A stretch of 64,000 nucleotides of DNA from Fimicolochytrium jonesii. Taxonomy: Eukaryota. The position numbers and the translations under genes are program-made. The notes beneath the pieces are model-generated. The model ran no database searches, was not told the DNA's origin, and saw only the letters and a list, made by a program, of their open reading frames with translations. Positions 1 through 13,088 of the stretch are shown here, piece after piece. Numbering within the stretch: the stretch's first letter is position 1; each line of letters begins with the position of its first letter. The stretch spans positions 682,001-746,000 of the forward strand of contig NW_026515671.1 of NCBI RefSeq assembly GCF_025526975.1, read 5' to 3'.

Positions 1-339
1 ACATAAATTTCATCTGGAAATACCCCTACGTAGTTTTGGGGATTTCGAAAGAATATATCAACCGGGTCATCGGCGCTTCATCAGAACTCAGTCAGCCCAC
101 CACTATCAATGAAGCACTCCGTAACGCTCAGTCGAACTCAGGGCAAGTAAGAATCGTTTATATTCCTGCAGGAAAAGAAAGCCACTAGGTCTTTCGCTTA
201 TGGAAGGTCATGATCTATTGAACCAGGAACTATGGAACCATGGAAAGGCGACGTCGTGCCAAAGAATTGTTGTGGTTGCGAGTAGAATGGGATATAATGT
301 ATATATTCATTTGTGCAACCAAAAGCTAGCATTCAACAA

Positions 340-422
340 GCACGGATGGCCGAGTTGGTCTAAGGCGTTGGTCTCAAGTTCCAATCTCGTAAGAGGCGCG
401 AGTTCGAATCTCGCTTCGTGCA
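340..422 (+). tRNA. tRNA-Leu(CAA), intronless, long variable arm
   Basis: Acceptor stem GCACGGA/TTCGTGC, D arm TGGCCGAGTTGGTCTAAGGC, anticodon loop CTCAAGT (CAA at 375-377), variable arm CTCGTAAGAG, T arm GCGAG-TTCGAAT-CTCGC. A T-run (Pol III terminator-like) follows at about 428-433. Confidence 0.95.
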
Positions 423-666
423 CAATCTTTTTTGTACTGTTCAGATGGAATTAATCTTGGAAATGGCATTTATCCATTTCCTCTTTTCCACTCTCCAAAT
501 ACTGGAGATATGTCCTTTCCTTTGGGAATTGGGAACTTCGGTGATAAATGAATCGGGGTTTTGATATGCTACAAAGATTGACAGGAATGATAGTATAGGG
601 TACACTAGTCAAAAGTAGATTTACAAGCAAGGATGAATGTGGAAACGTGTCTTCAACACGAACTCC

Positions 667-3600
667 TCACGATGAGTTTTCTGGCCCGCCAAACAAAGTC
701 GGCGGAGACGCAGACAGAGGGCCCGTCCCAACTGTGGCCCGAAGCGGCGGGGAAGTCCCTGCTGTCGCCATCGAAGCGTCGTTCGTCGATGGCGGCACGC
801 TGGACATCGGGTGATTCGACATGGATTGTTGGTAAGGGTGCTCCTGTTTTGGCATCCCCACACCACCATCCCCTTCGCACGCCGGCGTATCCCCGAGACC
901 GCTCAGGTCACTCCACCAGTTTCCTGATGTGTCGAAGAATGGATTCAGCAACTCGGAAAAGATCGAATCGGCGTAGTATGACCCTGGTGGTGGTTGTCCC
1001 GGGAAGGCCGCCTGAGAGGGATTTGGCTGGAGCTGTGGCGGTGGTGGACCACCCGCGCCGCTCGGTATCGACGGGACGGATCTAGCAGCCACGTTGCTGG
1101 CTGCGGTGTAGGTGGTGTTGAAGGTTGGTGGAGGGATCCCTTGTTCCTGCTGTGGAACGGGCATAGTGGGGTGTTGTGATGGTTGTTGATATGCTGGGTA
1201 TGCGGCGGCTTGTGACGAGTTTTGCTGCTGTTGCGGATGAGTCGCGTACGCCGTCGGGTATGAAAAGCCTCCTTGTGGGTAGAACATGGCGGGTGCGCTA
1301 ACGAACTGTGGAGCCTGCAAGGTCTCCATTTGCTGTTGTGGGACAATGCGGACTCCATAGTCAGCAAAGACGGGCGCTTGAGGTCCGTTCGGATTGTGCC
1401 CTATATAGGGTGCGACTGGAGGCGGATACGCGTAGTTGGCTTGTGGTTGTGCGTTTTGACCTTCCGCGATACCTTGGGCTGGCTTGGGATACGCGGCAGC
1501 GTTCAGCGGACCACCATCTGGTGGTTTCGCTTGTGGCCCTTTCAGGGATTCTGCAATCAACTGCCCGTAATATACCGCAAACTGCGAGGTGTCCTTCAAT
1601 CGGTCGAAAGCCGTAAGACTGCTCTTGAGCTCCGCATTGACATCATTGACATCGATGTCGGCTTGCTCTCTCTTCTCGTTCGTTTTCGCCCGTTTCCGCT
1701 GGTGATGTCCCGGTTTGGCATCCTTTCCATCCGCTTTCTGTGCGGCCATCTTCTGTTCTACCAGCATATCGAGGAAGGTCGTGGAAGCCGTCAAGCCGCA
1801 ATACACCACGAAAGGCAAGACAAATACGTAATCGGCAGCGGTCTGAGTCGTGGACGATGGTGAAGCCTCGGGGTCTTCGACGGGTGGTGAGGCCAGCGGC
1901 AGGGCTTCAAGAATTTGTCGGATAGCAACGGCACTACTCGCGCACACGCCTCCGAAGCCGCCAGTTGCAATCCGATGCAGGAGAATAGTGGCAGTGTGAT
2001 ACATGGCATGAAGATGGTGATGGAACGACCATGTGCCAACTTCGCGACTGGGTTCCCCTTGCAGATCGACGGGAAGTTCATCGTGCCAATGCGCAAGTTG
2101 CTCTTCTATATCCCGCACCAGCTGATCCTTCGATGAACGACTCCTCCGGCGCCGTCCAGTGGTGGGCCTGTTGACGTGATTGGCGATTTGGCCCAAGATC
2201 GTACTAAGCGTGACGTGCCGTATCATTCTCGCAACGTCTCCAGTTTCCTCTTGGCGAGGCAAGGGGGTATCGCAATCTGCAAGTAGAACTATGAGAACCA
2301 GCAGCCTGCAACATGCTTGAACAAGCGGACTGTACCTTCATCGTTGATGGCGAAGGGTCGTCCTTGATGGACACCGGTGTATCGATCCAAAATGTACAAG
2401 CAGAACCACGTCGCTCGCATTTGCTCTTTCATAGGTGCGTCAAGACCGGGATGATTCAGCTTGTCCAAATTCCGATGCATTCCTAATTCGACTGCTTGCC
2501 GATGCGCAATGCCTGGAACCCGAATTCACAGTCAGCATTATGTCCTGTGGAGGTGAAGAGCATCGTGTACATACCAATGTATTGATAACTGGCAGCGTTC
2601 GTATTGGTGCCTGCACCAACCAACGCCAGCAATAACAGTGCCTGCACGTTATTGATGTGGGGCCAATCAAACTGTTTTGCCAGCAAAGATCGAGCACGCT
2701 CGAAGAATGCGCGGTGCAGCTCTGCTGAGCTCGTGATTCCCCAGGCAGTCAAAGAACGGGTTTGTTGCGTGACCAGAGCACACATGCTGTTGAGCAGTAA
2801 GCAAAAGTGCTGAGAGAGGAGAGATTTTAGCACTTGCTTGGAAATATCTCTGCAAAACTCACGAGTGCTTTGCCATACCTCAGTTTGCTGTTCTTTTAGC
2901 TGCCTGGTGAAGGCCGCGCGATCGATCATCGGGAAGTAAGGGTGGATGTGGGTAAAGTACAAAGACACGAGGTGATGGACGAGGTCGGGCGAGCAAGGCG
3001 GTGAGTCCATGGACAGATTTGGATTCGCTGGGATGACATCAGAACGCAGGGCAATAGACATGACACCGTCGTTGAACCGGGGGCTTTGACGAAGTGCGGC
3101 CGTATTCGACGTGCTTGTACTTCCGTAGAATAGGACTGTGTCCGACACCACATCTTCAACGATGGTAATGTTTCCAGCATTATTGTTGATGCGATGAGCT
3201 ATCATCTTCGGATCTTTCAAAGACACTGCATGCACCAGCACACCACTTTTCGGATCAGTGACGGTCACACCGGCTCTCCATGGCACCTGACAAAAAGTAG
3301 GAGCGTCCGTGTCTTCAATGAAGGAGCTGACTCTAGCGGTTCCAACTTTGCGGCCGACGGGCCGGTGAATAGCCAAAGCGATACCGTTAAACCCTCCTTC
3401 TGGATTATCTGATTCACCATCTTCCGAGTCTGAAACCTCCTCATCCTCATCGTGTTCATCCTCCGACTGTCCATCGCCTTGCCCTTCGTGCGCAAAGGCC
3501 CCAGACATGGCAGAAGATGCAGACATCGAGCGGGGGCGTAGTAGCGACTTGTCAGACAGATGCGCAGGAGCTCCTTGGATTAAGCCGCTTAGAAGCGACT

Positions 3601-3925
3601 CAACCGTCTTCAGCCTTTCTCCCAAGGTCGCATGGGTCCTAGGTTGCGGTGGAGTAGCACGTTTTGGAGGGCCGCGTTTTCTTGGCGGCACCTCGTAGGT
3701 GCATTCCAACCCAAAAGCTACACATCTCTCACAAGGGTTTTCTGTTGAGCATTTGACACGTTTCCGACGGCATACGTCGCATGCCCTGGTTCCCCTAGAG
3801 CGCTTAAGAGGGACCCGGGGAGGAGCACCCGGCTGTGGTTGAAACAGACCAGTGGGAATCACCCCGTTGAAATAGTGGGTATGTTGCTGTGGTGTTGGTA
3901 GTGGTGGTGCTTGCTGTTGTTGTTG

Positions 3926-3957
<32 letters not shown>

Positions 3958-4105
3958 TCTGGTGCAATGCCTCGCTCCGTTGTTGAGCTGGTCCTCGGGG
4001 AGCACCGTTGACAGATTCGTTCATGAGCACCGCTCCGGCGGGATAACCGACGACTGCTGGTACGGAATGTGCACCGAACGAGGAGGTAGTGGAGGAGTTG
4101 GTCAT
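667..4105 (-). CDS. Zn(II)2Cys6 fungal transcription factor with Fungal_trans middle region (multi-exon)
   Basis: RACDVCRRKRVKCSTENPCERCVAFGLECTY binuclear cluster; YFTHIHPYFPMIDRAAF, VQALLLL and RATWFCLYILDR...GRPFAI motifs; GT-AG introns join ORFs 2483-4153, 2289-2480 and 667-2262. The start is taken as the first ATG (4105) and is uncertain. Confidence 0.92.
3911..3955 (-). repeat. CAG/CAA trinucleotide tract encoding Q15 in the Zn2Cys6 factor
   Basis: Direct reading of the (TTG/CTG) run on the plus strand. Confidence 0.9.
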
Positions 4106-4815
4106 CGCTGCCTCTGTCGTCTCGTCAGCCAAACCACTTTCGTTCAGAAACACAAAGTGGAAGTAGTCGTTTATGTAATTTGGACAGGAACGGTAATGTC
4201 AAAGTGATCGCTCCAACCCTTATGAAACGGGAGTGAACCGTAAGCCGTACTGCCCGGAGCAGACAACCGGGTTGGAAGCTGTGGGGCTGTTTTTGAAAGG
4301 AGTGAAGTGGCGAGACTGTGTGGAGGGTTTGGCGGGCGGGCAGGTTGTGTCCTGGGTTGTGTCTCAGTTGCATACACGATTCGCAAACCAGGCGTTTTAG
4401 TGGCCGTTGCCCATCATAGATATGGTACTACGACCCATACAACACAGATTATTTGGGCGGCGGAGGAAAACTACATCAGAGAATAATCATTCCAAAACGC
4501 AACCTCTGAATCTGACGGGACATGAACGAGATTCGCTGCCAGATATCTCGTTACGATGCCCAAAGGACACATCATTGGCGGAACTCGAATTAGCGCAAGG
4601 AGGCTCCGCGAGAAGATCGTAAGGAGAGGAGTTGAAAATTCGGATCAACTTCTCATCAAGTGTTCAAAAAACGTTGCTGGGTTGTGTCCCGAAACCGGAA
4701 GAGCAAGAACGTGATCCGTATTTTAGCGGCCGCTGTAACACAAATACTGTCAAAAAGGCTGTTAGCCGCACCAATTCTCCGCCTGTTTCTGGCTGTCTTT
4801 GGGGGCTGCCAGTAC

Positions 4816-4845
4816 TTAGGGTTAGGGTTAGGGTTAGGGTTAGGG
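4816..4845 (+). repeat. Interstitial telomere-type repeat (TTAGGG)5
   Basis: Five perfect TTAGGG units in the divergent intergenic spacer between the TF and ELMO genes. Confidence 0.95.
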
Positions 4846-5103
4846 TGCAGGAGTGGAGAGACGGTGATGTCCAGCTTTAGTGTTGGCACCCTTGAGAAAG
4901 CTTCGTGCATGTGGACAACGCGACAACGCAATCCCACGCAATCACACCCTTGCCCCTTGCCAGCCTTCCTACCGTTCGCCGAAGGAGCTAAAGAGCCCGA
5001 GGCAGGCCCGAGGTCCCTGAGGAACGTCCTCCATATACCATCTTCCGCGCAGGACCGGCATTACATAGCCCCGCTCTGCAACTGTGTGGTCTACATTCCA
5101 CTT

Positions 5104-8102
5104 ATGCCGCAAACGTACAGACCCAACCCTCGGTCAAAGCGACGGATCCTGGTTACCGTTCTGTATGGGTCCCAGAAGGTCGAGAACTTTGCCGTAGACC
5201 CGTCCTCTTCCCTCCCAAGTATAATAAAGTCGTTGTGGCTATCCCATTTTTCGCTGTCTGGAAACCCGACCAACTACTGCCTGCGAATCGTCGAAACAGA
5301 GGAACTAGTTACACAGGAGGTGTGTGGAGGAAGGCTATGCATCTTATGGTCAAGCGTTGGTGAAGCGCTACTATGGCTAACGACGTGCGGTCCTCTTGTA
5401 GAGATTAAAGTGGAAACTGACCGATGGAACGACACTGAAGCTCGTCCCTTCGCCGGCCCTGATGGCGGCGGAGATGGCTCGGGATCTTACACCGGAGGAC
5501 GATCAGGCAGTCCTCAAACGCAGCATCTTTCTGCTGCAGAAATACCTGAAGGAAGACGAATTTGTCGACGAATTCGTTACTCTCGGTGGGCCAGAGAAGC
5601 TGCAAGACATCATAATCACATCAGAAGGGAATACATTAGCTTATGCGCTGACGTCGCTGCAAACGTTGATGGAACATGACCGCGGATGGGAATCATTCAG
5701 CCCACAATTCATAAGCACGGTAAAGCATTACGACGGGGTTCCAATGATACGTCTTGTGGACGCGTGACTGATCAATGTCAATGCGATAGCTAGTTGCGAT
5801 AATAGTGAAGCAAAACCTGGTGAACATCTGTCGACCGGCCACCGCCATTATCATCAAGCTAGTTGCTGCCAATGCAAACAATAACTCCTCTGCCATACAA
5901 AGCTACGGATTTGATGGTATGGTCCTCCGAGTCCGTTCCACGTTTACGCAAATGGGGCACACCGTACCAAACCTTTTCCCTATCTAGTCGTCAATAACGC
6001 CATCTCCTCGCAAGCCTCTTTTCTGCCTACGCTGATTCAGCGTCTCTCGGCTACCGATTATCTGCTTCAATTGAACTCATTATCGTTATTGAACTCGCTA
6101 TTCCGCCACGTTACCGATCGCGCTCGTGGGGACTTCGTGCAAATGCTCGATGCTCTGAAGACCAGGAGGGTCATTGTAAATCTGATGCACAGCAACCCAG
6201 CTGAAGAGCTGAAGGCGCAATTGATAGATTACCAGCGGCTTCTCGTCGCGGAAGGCCACCGGCGACGGAAGACACCGGTGGATTTTAGAAATCCTTCTCA
6301 TGCGGAAAAACTGGCAGACATCTGGGAGTTATCACGCATAGCACCTGGGACTGCTCCGGATTGGAAGCGAATAGGATTTACGGTACGCACGGCAGGAACA
6401 GCTCGTGACGTCTGTGATAGTTCTATCAACTAATACGCAAGTTTTTTTTTAGAGCCTCTCCCCTCACAAAGATTTGAATCGCGTCGGTGTATTGGGCCTT
6501 GAAGTGATGCACTACTTTGTGCATTATGATACTGCCACCTACCAGAGCGTATGTAACTTGAACAGTCCGCCTCCCCCAGATGCAATTGTGTCTAACCGCA
6601 GTGGTTTAGTGGTTCGATGAACAACCCGGTCAGGAGCCAGAGCATGCATGCCCATTTGGGCGAGCGGCAATAGAGGTTTGCGAGATCATGGCGGATCATT
6701 GGGAGGTCAGCACTGGATGTAAGTATCCACGAAATACGGGTCAGGTCGGAGGACCCGGACAGTGTCCTTCCACCTACGCCAGAATACATCGTGTATACTC
6801 ACCAGTCACAATCCGTATCTTCCATGTAGATTCCACTACGACCACGTATCAGCCGCTACTTCTCCTGTATCAGGATGTGTTTTGCATTCTGGCTCAATCC
6901 TTTTTGCGGATATGGCGGGAAATGGACCTGGAGTCCACTGACAACGATGTGCCACGCGTTTCAACCCTTGTTCGCTCACAATTCAAACACGCTGTGGAAT
7001 CTGTTCAGCGCAATTCGAACGACGTGGTGGCAGCATTCCGCACATTAGTGCTGGATACCCCATATTCAGCCATCCGCGAACGGCAGCTCAAGAATCTGGA
7101 AGTGGAGGACCAGCTACTGTCGAAGCCTCCAGTGCGAAACCTCCGGGAACGTTTCTACAAGGAAAGCTACGAAACCGTGAAACGGCAAAGAATAGATCGG
7201 CTCAAGTATGGTGCTTGGTTTCCCGTTGTCAGGGAAAAGGGCCGGATAAAGGGGCTGTACAGATTCTATCGATTGGGAGCCAACCATAAATTCCTGCATT
7301 ACGGAGAATTTGTGGAGGTACTGAAACGGCGTCCGGGAATAGAAGAATTGAGCGAACGCAGTAAGTTGCTAGAAGTATGATTTTGAGATGGTGACGGCTT
7401 TGAGATGATTGCTGATCACTCAATCTCGTGCTTCCAGTTGACATGTCTTTAGCAACCGGTCTTCTGACGGGTCTCTCCTCCCCCGTGTTCAGCAGCAAGA
7501 AGAATGCCGGGGAAACAGCTGCACTTTGCTTCTCGCTCAAATCCTCTTCCTCCTCGGATACAGCGTCTCCCACCATGGCGGACTTTATCTGCTCAACCCA
7601 AGTTCAGTATTCGGAATGGACGGACGGTTTCAACATGTTGCTCGACAAGAACATTGTGAACCGGGACACCGCTGACTACATAGCCGCGCTCACTGATGTC
7701 GCGGTCACCCTTGCTCTCCTGGATCTCACTGGCGAGAACATCGACGTCGTGGCGGCCGCCACGGAGACCGAGGCCGGCAGCGAGCTCGAATACCCGACAG
7801 GACCGTTCTACTACGACGACGGCGGCAGCCACGCGATGAGTTCGTCCATCGATTCCTTGGGCACGCAGTTGACTGACGGACGAGCCGAGTATCGATTCCG
7901 GCGACACAGTCTCGGCCGGCTGTACACTCACGAGGATGGGATATCGGAAGCGTCGGATGACAATGACGACGATGGGGAGACCTTCTCGGAAGCGGGCGGC
8001 TCGCAGTTTGAGACTGCGAGTGCGATGCAAGGAGATAGAATGGATTATGATGACGACGATGATGTAGATTATGATTTCGTAGCGCCGCCTATACTTACAT
8101 AG
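5104..8102 (+). CDS. ELMO/CED-12 family protein (N-terminal ARM-like region, ELMO domain, PH domain; multi-exon)
   Basis: GNTLAYALTSLQTLMEHDRGW, WKRIGF...DLNRVGVLGL, CPFG, VKRQRIDRLKYGAWF...FYRLGANHKFLHYGEF and WTDGFNMLL motifs typical of fungal ELMO proteins; many short GT-AG introns. Confidence 0.88.
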
Positions 8103-8484
8103 AACGCATTACATACGTTGTTTTCCCCCTTTCCTGCTGAAACCACCCGGGTGTCACATGGCATGCCAACGATCCAGCGGTTGTACAAATATGTAGCCAA
8201 TATCCCCGCATTGCACATTCCTTGGAACGAGAATAATTTAATTGTAGAAGTAGAAGGAACACTCATCGGGTGGGAAACGTTACAAGGTAGGTATTCAGAA
8301 CATTCTCAAAAAGTTTTGAGGTAGGGCTCCCCAAAAAATGGAAGACGACAACAGGAACAAAAGAGCGACCTCTGAGTTTACAAGCTGACCAAGCACCAAA
8401 GCGCCCTCCGTTGACATGTTCAAGGATGATGCGCCAAAAAAGTTCAAGAAGAGACCACATACGGTCTCCATCTTTGAAAGGTCT

Positions 8485-9765
8485 CTATGCCCATATCTAT
8501 GGGACAAAGGGTGAGAGAAAGCGAGAGAAAGAAAATGGGTTAGTGGTGAGGGAAATCAAAGTGGTCCATGAACGTTCCAGTGAACAGGTAACGGGGAACA
8601 TACCTTCAACAAACTGTCCCAACTGCCGGTACACAACGCCATTCCGTCCGATGACACTCCCAAGCAAGAAACGCGGTTCTCGTGCGCCGCTAGCACACCA
8701 ACCCTTTCGCCCTTGAGTGTGTCCCAGACATTGCAGTTGAAGTCATCGTAACCAGCAAAGAGTAAGCGTCCCGAGATGGAGAAGGCAACGGACGTGATTC
8801 CGCACAAGATGTTGTCGTGGGTGTATTGGTTGAGCTCACGGTCAGCTCGGAGGTCGAACAGACGGCAAGAGGCATCGTCGGAACCTGTACCGAACGCGTC
8901 GCCGTTGGGGAAGAATCTGAAGCCGGAAGTAATCGTAAGTTGCATGCATAGAGCGCATATGGAAGGAGTATCGGGCTTGACCACTTACTGCACCGCGTTG
9001 ATGTCGGATTCGTGGCCGGTGAAGGTCTGCACGCAGCGACCTGTTCGAATATCCCAAACCTTAGCAGTGGCGTCGCAAGCACCCGACACGAAGATGTTCT
9101 TGTCGGGCGACAAGGACAAGGACATTACATCCCCGGTGTGGTCGGTGAACTCCAGTGTCTTCATGCCGGCGTCGATGTCCCACAGCATGCAGGACATGTC
9201 ACCGGAACTAGTCAGAATTTGTCGATCGCTGATGAATCTGCAGCAGGAAAGGTAACCGGTGTGTGCACTCAGTTCACGAGCGACCTTGACAGAGCCTTCT
9301 TTCGTTTTCAGGTTGTAAATGGAGCAAATGTTATCGAGACCACCGCAGGCGACGTAATTGCCTGAAGGTGCGTAGGCACAAGTCATGACCCAAGATGATC
9401 GAAGGGGAATCGCATGTACTTTGTTCGTCGTGTAGGCATCCCAAACAATGAGCTTTCCGTCTTGAGACGCACTGACTAGATGTCGCTTATCTGACGCCCA
9501 GTGCATGGCATAGATCTTGGCCAAATGGCCTTTGAGCGTGCGGCGAACTTTCATCTGTATCCGTGGCAAAGCTTCCAACTCTGCCGCAACGGCTTTGACT
9601 GTGAAACAAGTATTCTCATTAGAGAGCGTTGATGATGTGCAATCAACGCGTACGATCTGACATACGAGTAGTATCAGCAAGGGCATCTTTCTTTTGCTTG
9701 ATGCGCTCTTTCAAAGTTTCCGCTTCCTTCCTCGCAGCAGCGATGCGATCCGCCATGTCACTCAT
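8485..9765 (-). CDS. GPB1: Heterotrimeric G-protein beta subunit (WD40)
   Basis: [19 protein letters not shown] coiled coil; [30 protein letters not shown] and TGSWDSLLK motifs; terminal exon IWA-stop at 8485-8496. Confidence 0.97.
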
Positions 9766-10897
9766 TTTCTCTACGCGAACGGCCGTCTCAATATAGGCAA
9801 TTCGAGGATTATGTGTCAGAAGCGCGAGTTACCGTAGGTTTTGAAGGGAAAAGACGATTTTTCCTGCTAGTACGATGATGCCTAATCAATCAATCAAAGC
9901 ATATTAACATCGGATCTCTCAAAAATCAGCGCGAAAGCCAACAAGAAAAGTCGGTCAGGGCAACGCCCGCCGGCATCCGGGAGCATCGGTTCCCACGCGC
10001 CTTCAACGAACCTTATACAGTCGCGTAAGGGTACCGCTGTCCGAAGACCGGTAGCTTCTCAATCTGTATCAAGTATTGCGAAGGGTTAGGTCAACGACGC
10101 TCCAGAAGGGGGTCTTGGACGGATGTGTGTGGCGTTACCGTCCGGTGAAATGTGTAGCGAATCGTTCACGATAGGGATGCTTCGACAAACCCTTCTACAA
10201 ACTTTCTAGATGGCGGCAGATTGCGATAACATCAGGTAGCGGCTCACACGTACAATACTCCATGACCAGCCTGACGATGACCAGGATGGTACTTCCAATT
10301 CTGTTCCCCACCGAACAAGACGCGGCGCGGGCTTTGAACGGGCTTCACTCACCTAACCAGGCTCCGCACGGACAGACAAGATGAGAGACCCGACGAGAAC
10401 GGGAGAGAAGGGAAAAGGTGTTGCGGGTGCTGCTGCTTGCTTGGGTTGCTCTACCGGCTGTTAGAGTGATATTGCGAGTTGCAATCGACCTTGCGTACGT
10501 TAGTGTGTGTGTGTTTGTTGTCAACTTCTCGGCCCTCGCAGTGCCCGCCAGTCGAGGCCGGTCAACCGAAAACGGAGAAAAAGGCACCCCCCTAATCAAT
10601 TTTTGTTTAGAATCAGGGACCATCCGCGCGCGAATCGCCTAGAAGCCCAGAACCAAAGGCCGTCGCGCACTGCTTACACGTAAGCAGGTTAGCTAGTATG
10701 CATAGCCCGCAACTTATATCCCTTCACGTGGTATCAATAAATAGGGGATTATGAGCAACCTTAGTCTGATTTCGGTCGAGTCTCCACCTTAATATCCTTA
10801 TTATAGGAGCCCACGAGCGTTTTTGCTACGACCGCGAATGAGGGGTGATAGAGAGTGTCTCGGAATGTCTCTTCTACTTGAGCACTCGAAAGTCGGG

Positions 10898-11868
10898 TCA
10901 TTTTCGTGCAAGTTTACCGTTCGGAACCCCAATGTTCCGGTACCCCGCGTTCATGAAGGCTTCGGCATCCGATGAACCGACTAGGGGCTCCATCGGGTTC
11001 TCGTTTGGCGTTACCGAGCTCGAATACATGTTGTTATAGAACGGCCGACTCGGCATCGCGCCACTGTTATATCCGTAAGGTGCGTACATCCATCCTTGTG
11101 GCGCGTAGACCCCTGGCATCGCTTGCCCCATATTTGTGGGGTAGGTGCCACCGGGAGACATCGGTGCCATAACCGGAGAGGTTGGCATCATCTGCCCGTT
11201 GCCTCGGTAGTCGAATACGTATCTCATTTGCTGTTGCGGTGGACGGAAAGGTTTCATTGCCCGAAGGTCGCCCTGAACTGGTTGGCCGCCCGGTCCGGTC
11301 ACATGGGCCGCCTGGAATCCTTTCGCCCCCTGTTCAAAAAGTTGCGCGAGTTAACGATTTCTGCTCGAGCTTTCGCGCTACAATCAGACGATGTCCGCAG
11401 ACCTGCACTACATCGAACTCGACAATCTCCCCCTCGCCAAGGCTCCTGTTGTTTTCAACACGAAAGATGCGTCAGCGGCAATCGAAACATATGTTATCCG
11501 CCATGCACATAGATCTAGAGGCGGTACCTAAATCCCCCAGCATTCTTTATGGCGGTGTGATGAACAAATACTGATAACGACACATCAGTTGGAGGAGAAG
11601 GATAAACGGGTCGTCCATTGTTCCTGACAGCTTACCTTCCGGCTCTCCTCCCATTTCTGGTACAATGAAGCCATAACCTACATGTACATAGCAAGAAAAT
11701 AAGGATTTCTATCTGAAACCGCGAGGTTTTCACTGGTGGCTAACCTTTCTGACTGTTAAAGAATTTCACGGTTCCTGTTTTCCGACCGGCGGCGTCTGCG
11801 AGACTGCCGTCGAAGGTGGCAGGAGGTTGATGGTCCCCTTCCTCTGGGGCGCCACCCATATGAAGCAT
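10898..11868 (-). CDS. Cold-shock domain RNA-binding protein with a Pro/Tyr/Met-rich tail (multi-exon)
   Basis: Spliced reading GTVKFFNSQKG/YGFIVP...VFVHHTAI..GGFR/SLGEGEIVEFDVVQ/GAKGFQAAHVTGPGG matches the eukaryotic CSD RNP1/RNP2 signature; four GT-AG introns. Confidence 0.92.
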
Positions 11869-13088
11869 CTTCTTAGACTGTGGTAGTTGGCTGTAGTACC
11901 TCCTTCTTTCGGAGGTGGTATAAGTTTGCTGGTTGACGCGCACTGGAGGCGCCCTTCACAAGTAGCGTATGCGTATACTCAGAATTGCGGGGAAGCCTGC
12001 CAAACGTAGGAAGCCTTTTCGAGATGCTGACCTCGTTTTCGGCCTGTGGTGGACGAACGATTTGAGTTTTGAGTCTGAGGCAGGTGGAGGAAACGGGTGG
12101 GTAAGGCCGGGGAGGAGAGAGCTGACAGCTCATGAATTTGAAAGCTGCGAAATCCCCGCGATACGGCCGAACTCCCTCCCATGTATACAATCTTGATCAC
12201 GTCACTGCCCAGAAAATATGGACAAGCGGCATCTCGCGTTTGTGAAACCGTCGCTCCCACCGAGTACAAGCACAACCAACCGCCGCATCGTCTCCGCAGT
12301 CGGCAGACTCGGCACCGCTGAGGTTATATATTACTGCGGCAAATTCCGGGACAGCATCTCTTGAGAGGACCTCCAGATCCAGATCCAGGCACGTTATCCA
12401 TCGGGTCGTGATGGGAGAGACCGTATGTACAAGACGGCATGCGTTTCCTGCATGTAATCTGCTCTCCACGTATTCCGCCAAAGAACGTGTTCACCACTAC
12501 CTCCATAGTGCACAAGAGATGGATCCTGCAAGAATTCGTAACGTCGTCTCGTTGATCCTGCGGAGATGCATTATCCATGAAGCTGCACATGTCCATTTTA
12601 TTCCCCATCACACGCAGGCGTCGGACCGGGAGATGTGAAACCGAGCGCGTGCCAAGATTGCTTTGAACGCGTCCTGATCGTGTGGATCCGGAGGGAAGAA
12701 GCGCACTTAAACTCTTATAAATGGGATTATCAGCCATTCGCTCACGTGCTCCATTTCGGCGCTGTCAAAATACTGTCAATCGGAGAGGCGAATGCCTACA
12801 GCCCGACTCGGTGATATGTACACAGGAGTATCACAATCCCGAAATGTTTAGGCCATTTATTCAAATGTCTACGTCTCCCTACGTGTAGGGTGCCGGATGA
12901 GTTCTCCTATAAGGTAGATACTTATGCCTAGCTTAATCGGTAGTTTCATGCTTATTCGTGTCGTGCAGTATCCAAATGTAGATGATTTTCTGGATGCTCC
13001 GCAATGATGAATTTATCACCTACCGTGAATCACTACAGATCTTCACGATATGCGAGCCACGCGAAGAGACAGACGCAAAACTATCCAG

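Noticed and set aside
200..454. 84-aa ORF
   Set aside because: Overlaps the tRNA-Leu gene and has no protein-like features.
4660..5679. 339-aa ORF containing LGLGLGLG
   Set aside because: Reads through the TTAGGG array and an intron; only the part from ATG 5104 to the first donor belongs to ELMO.
12197..12737. Short overlapping ORFs between the cold-shock and GATA/PHD genes
   Set aside because: No motifs or consistent splice structure; treated as intergenic.
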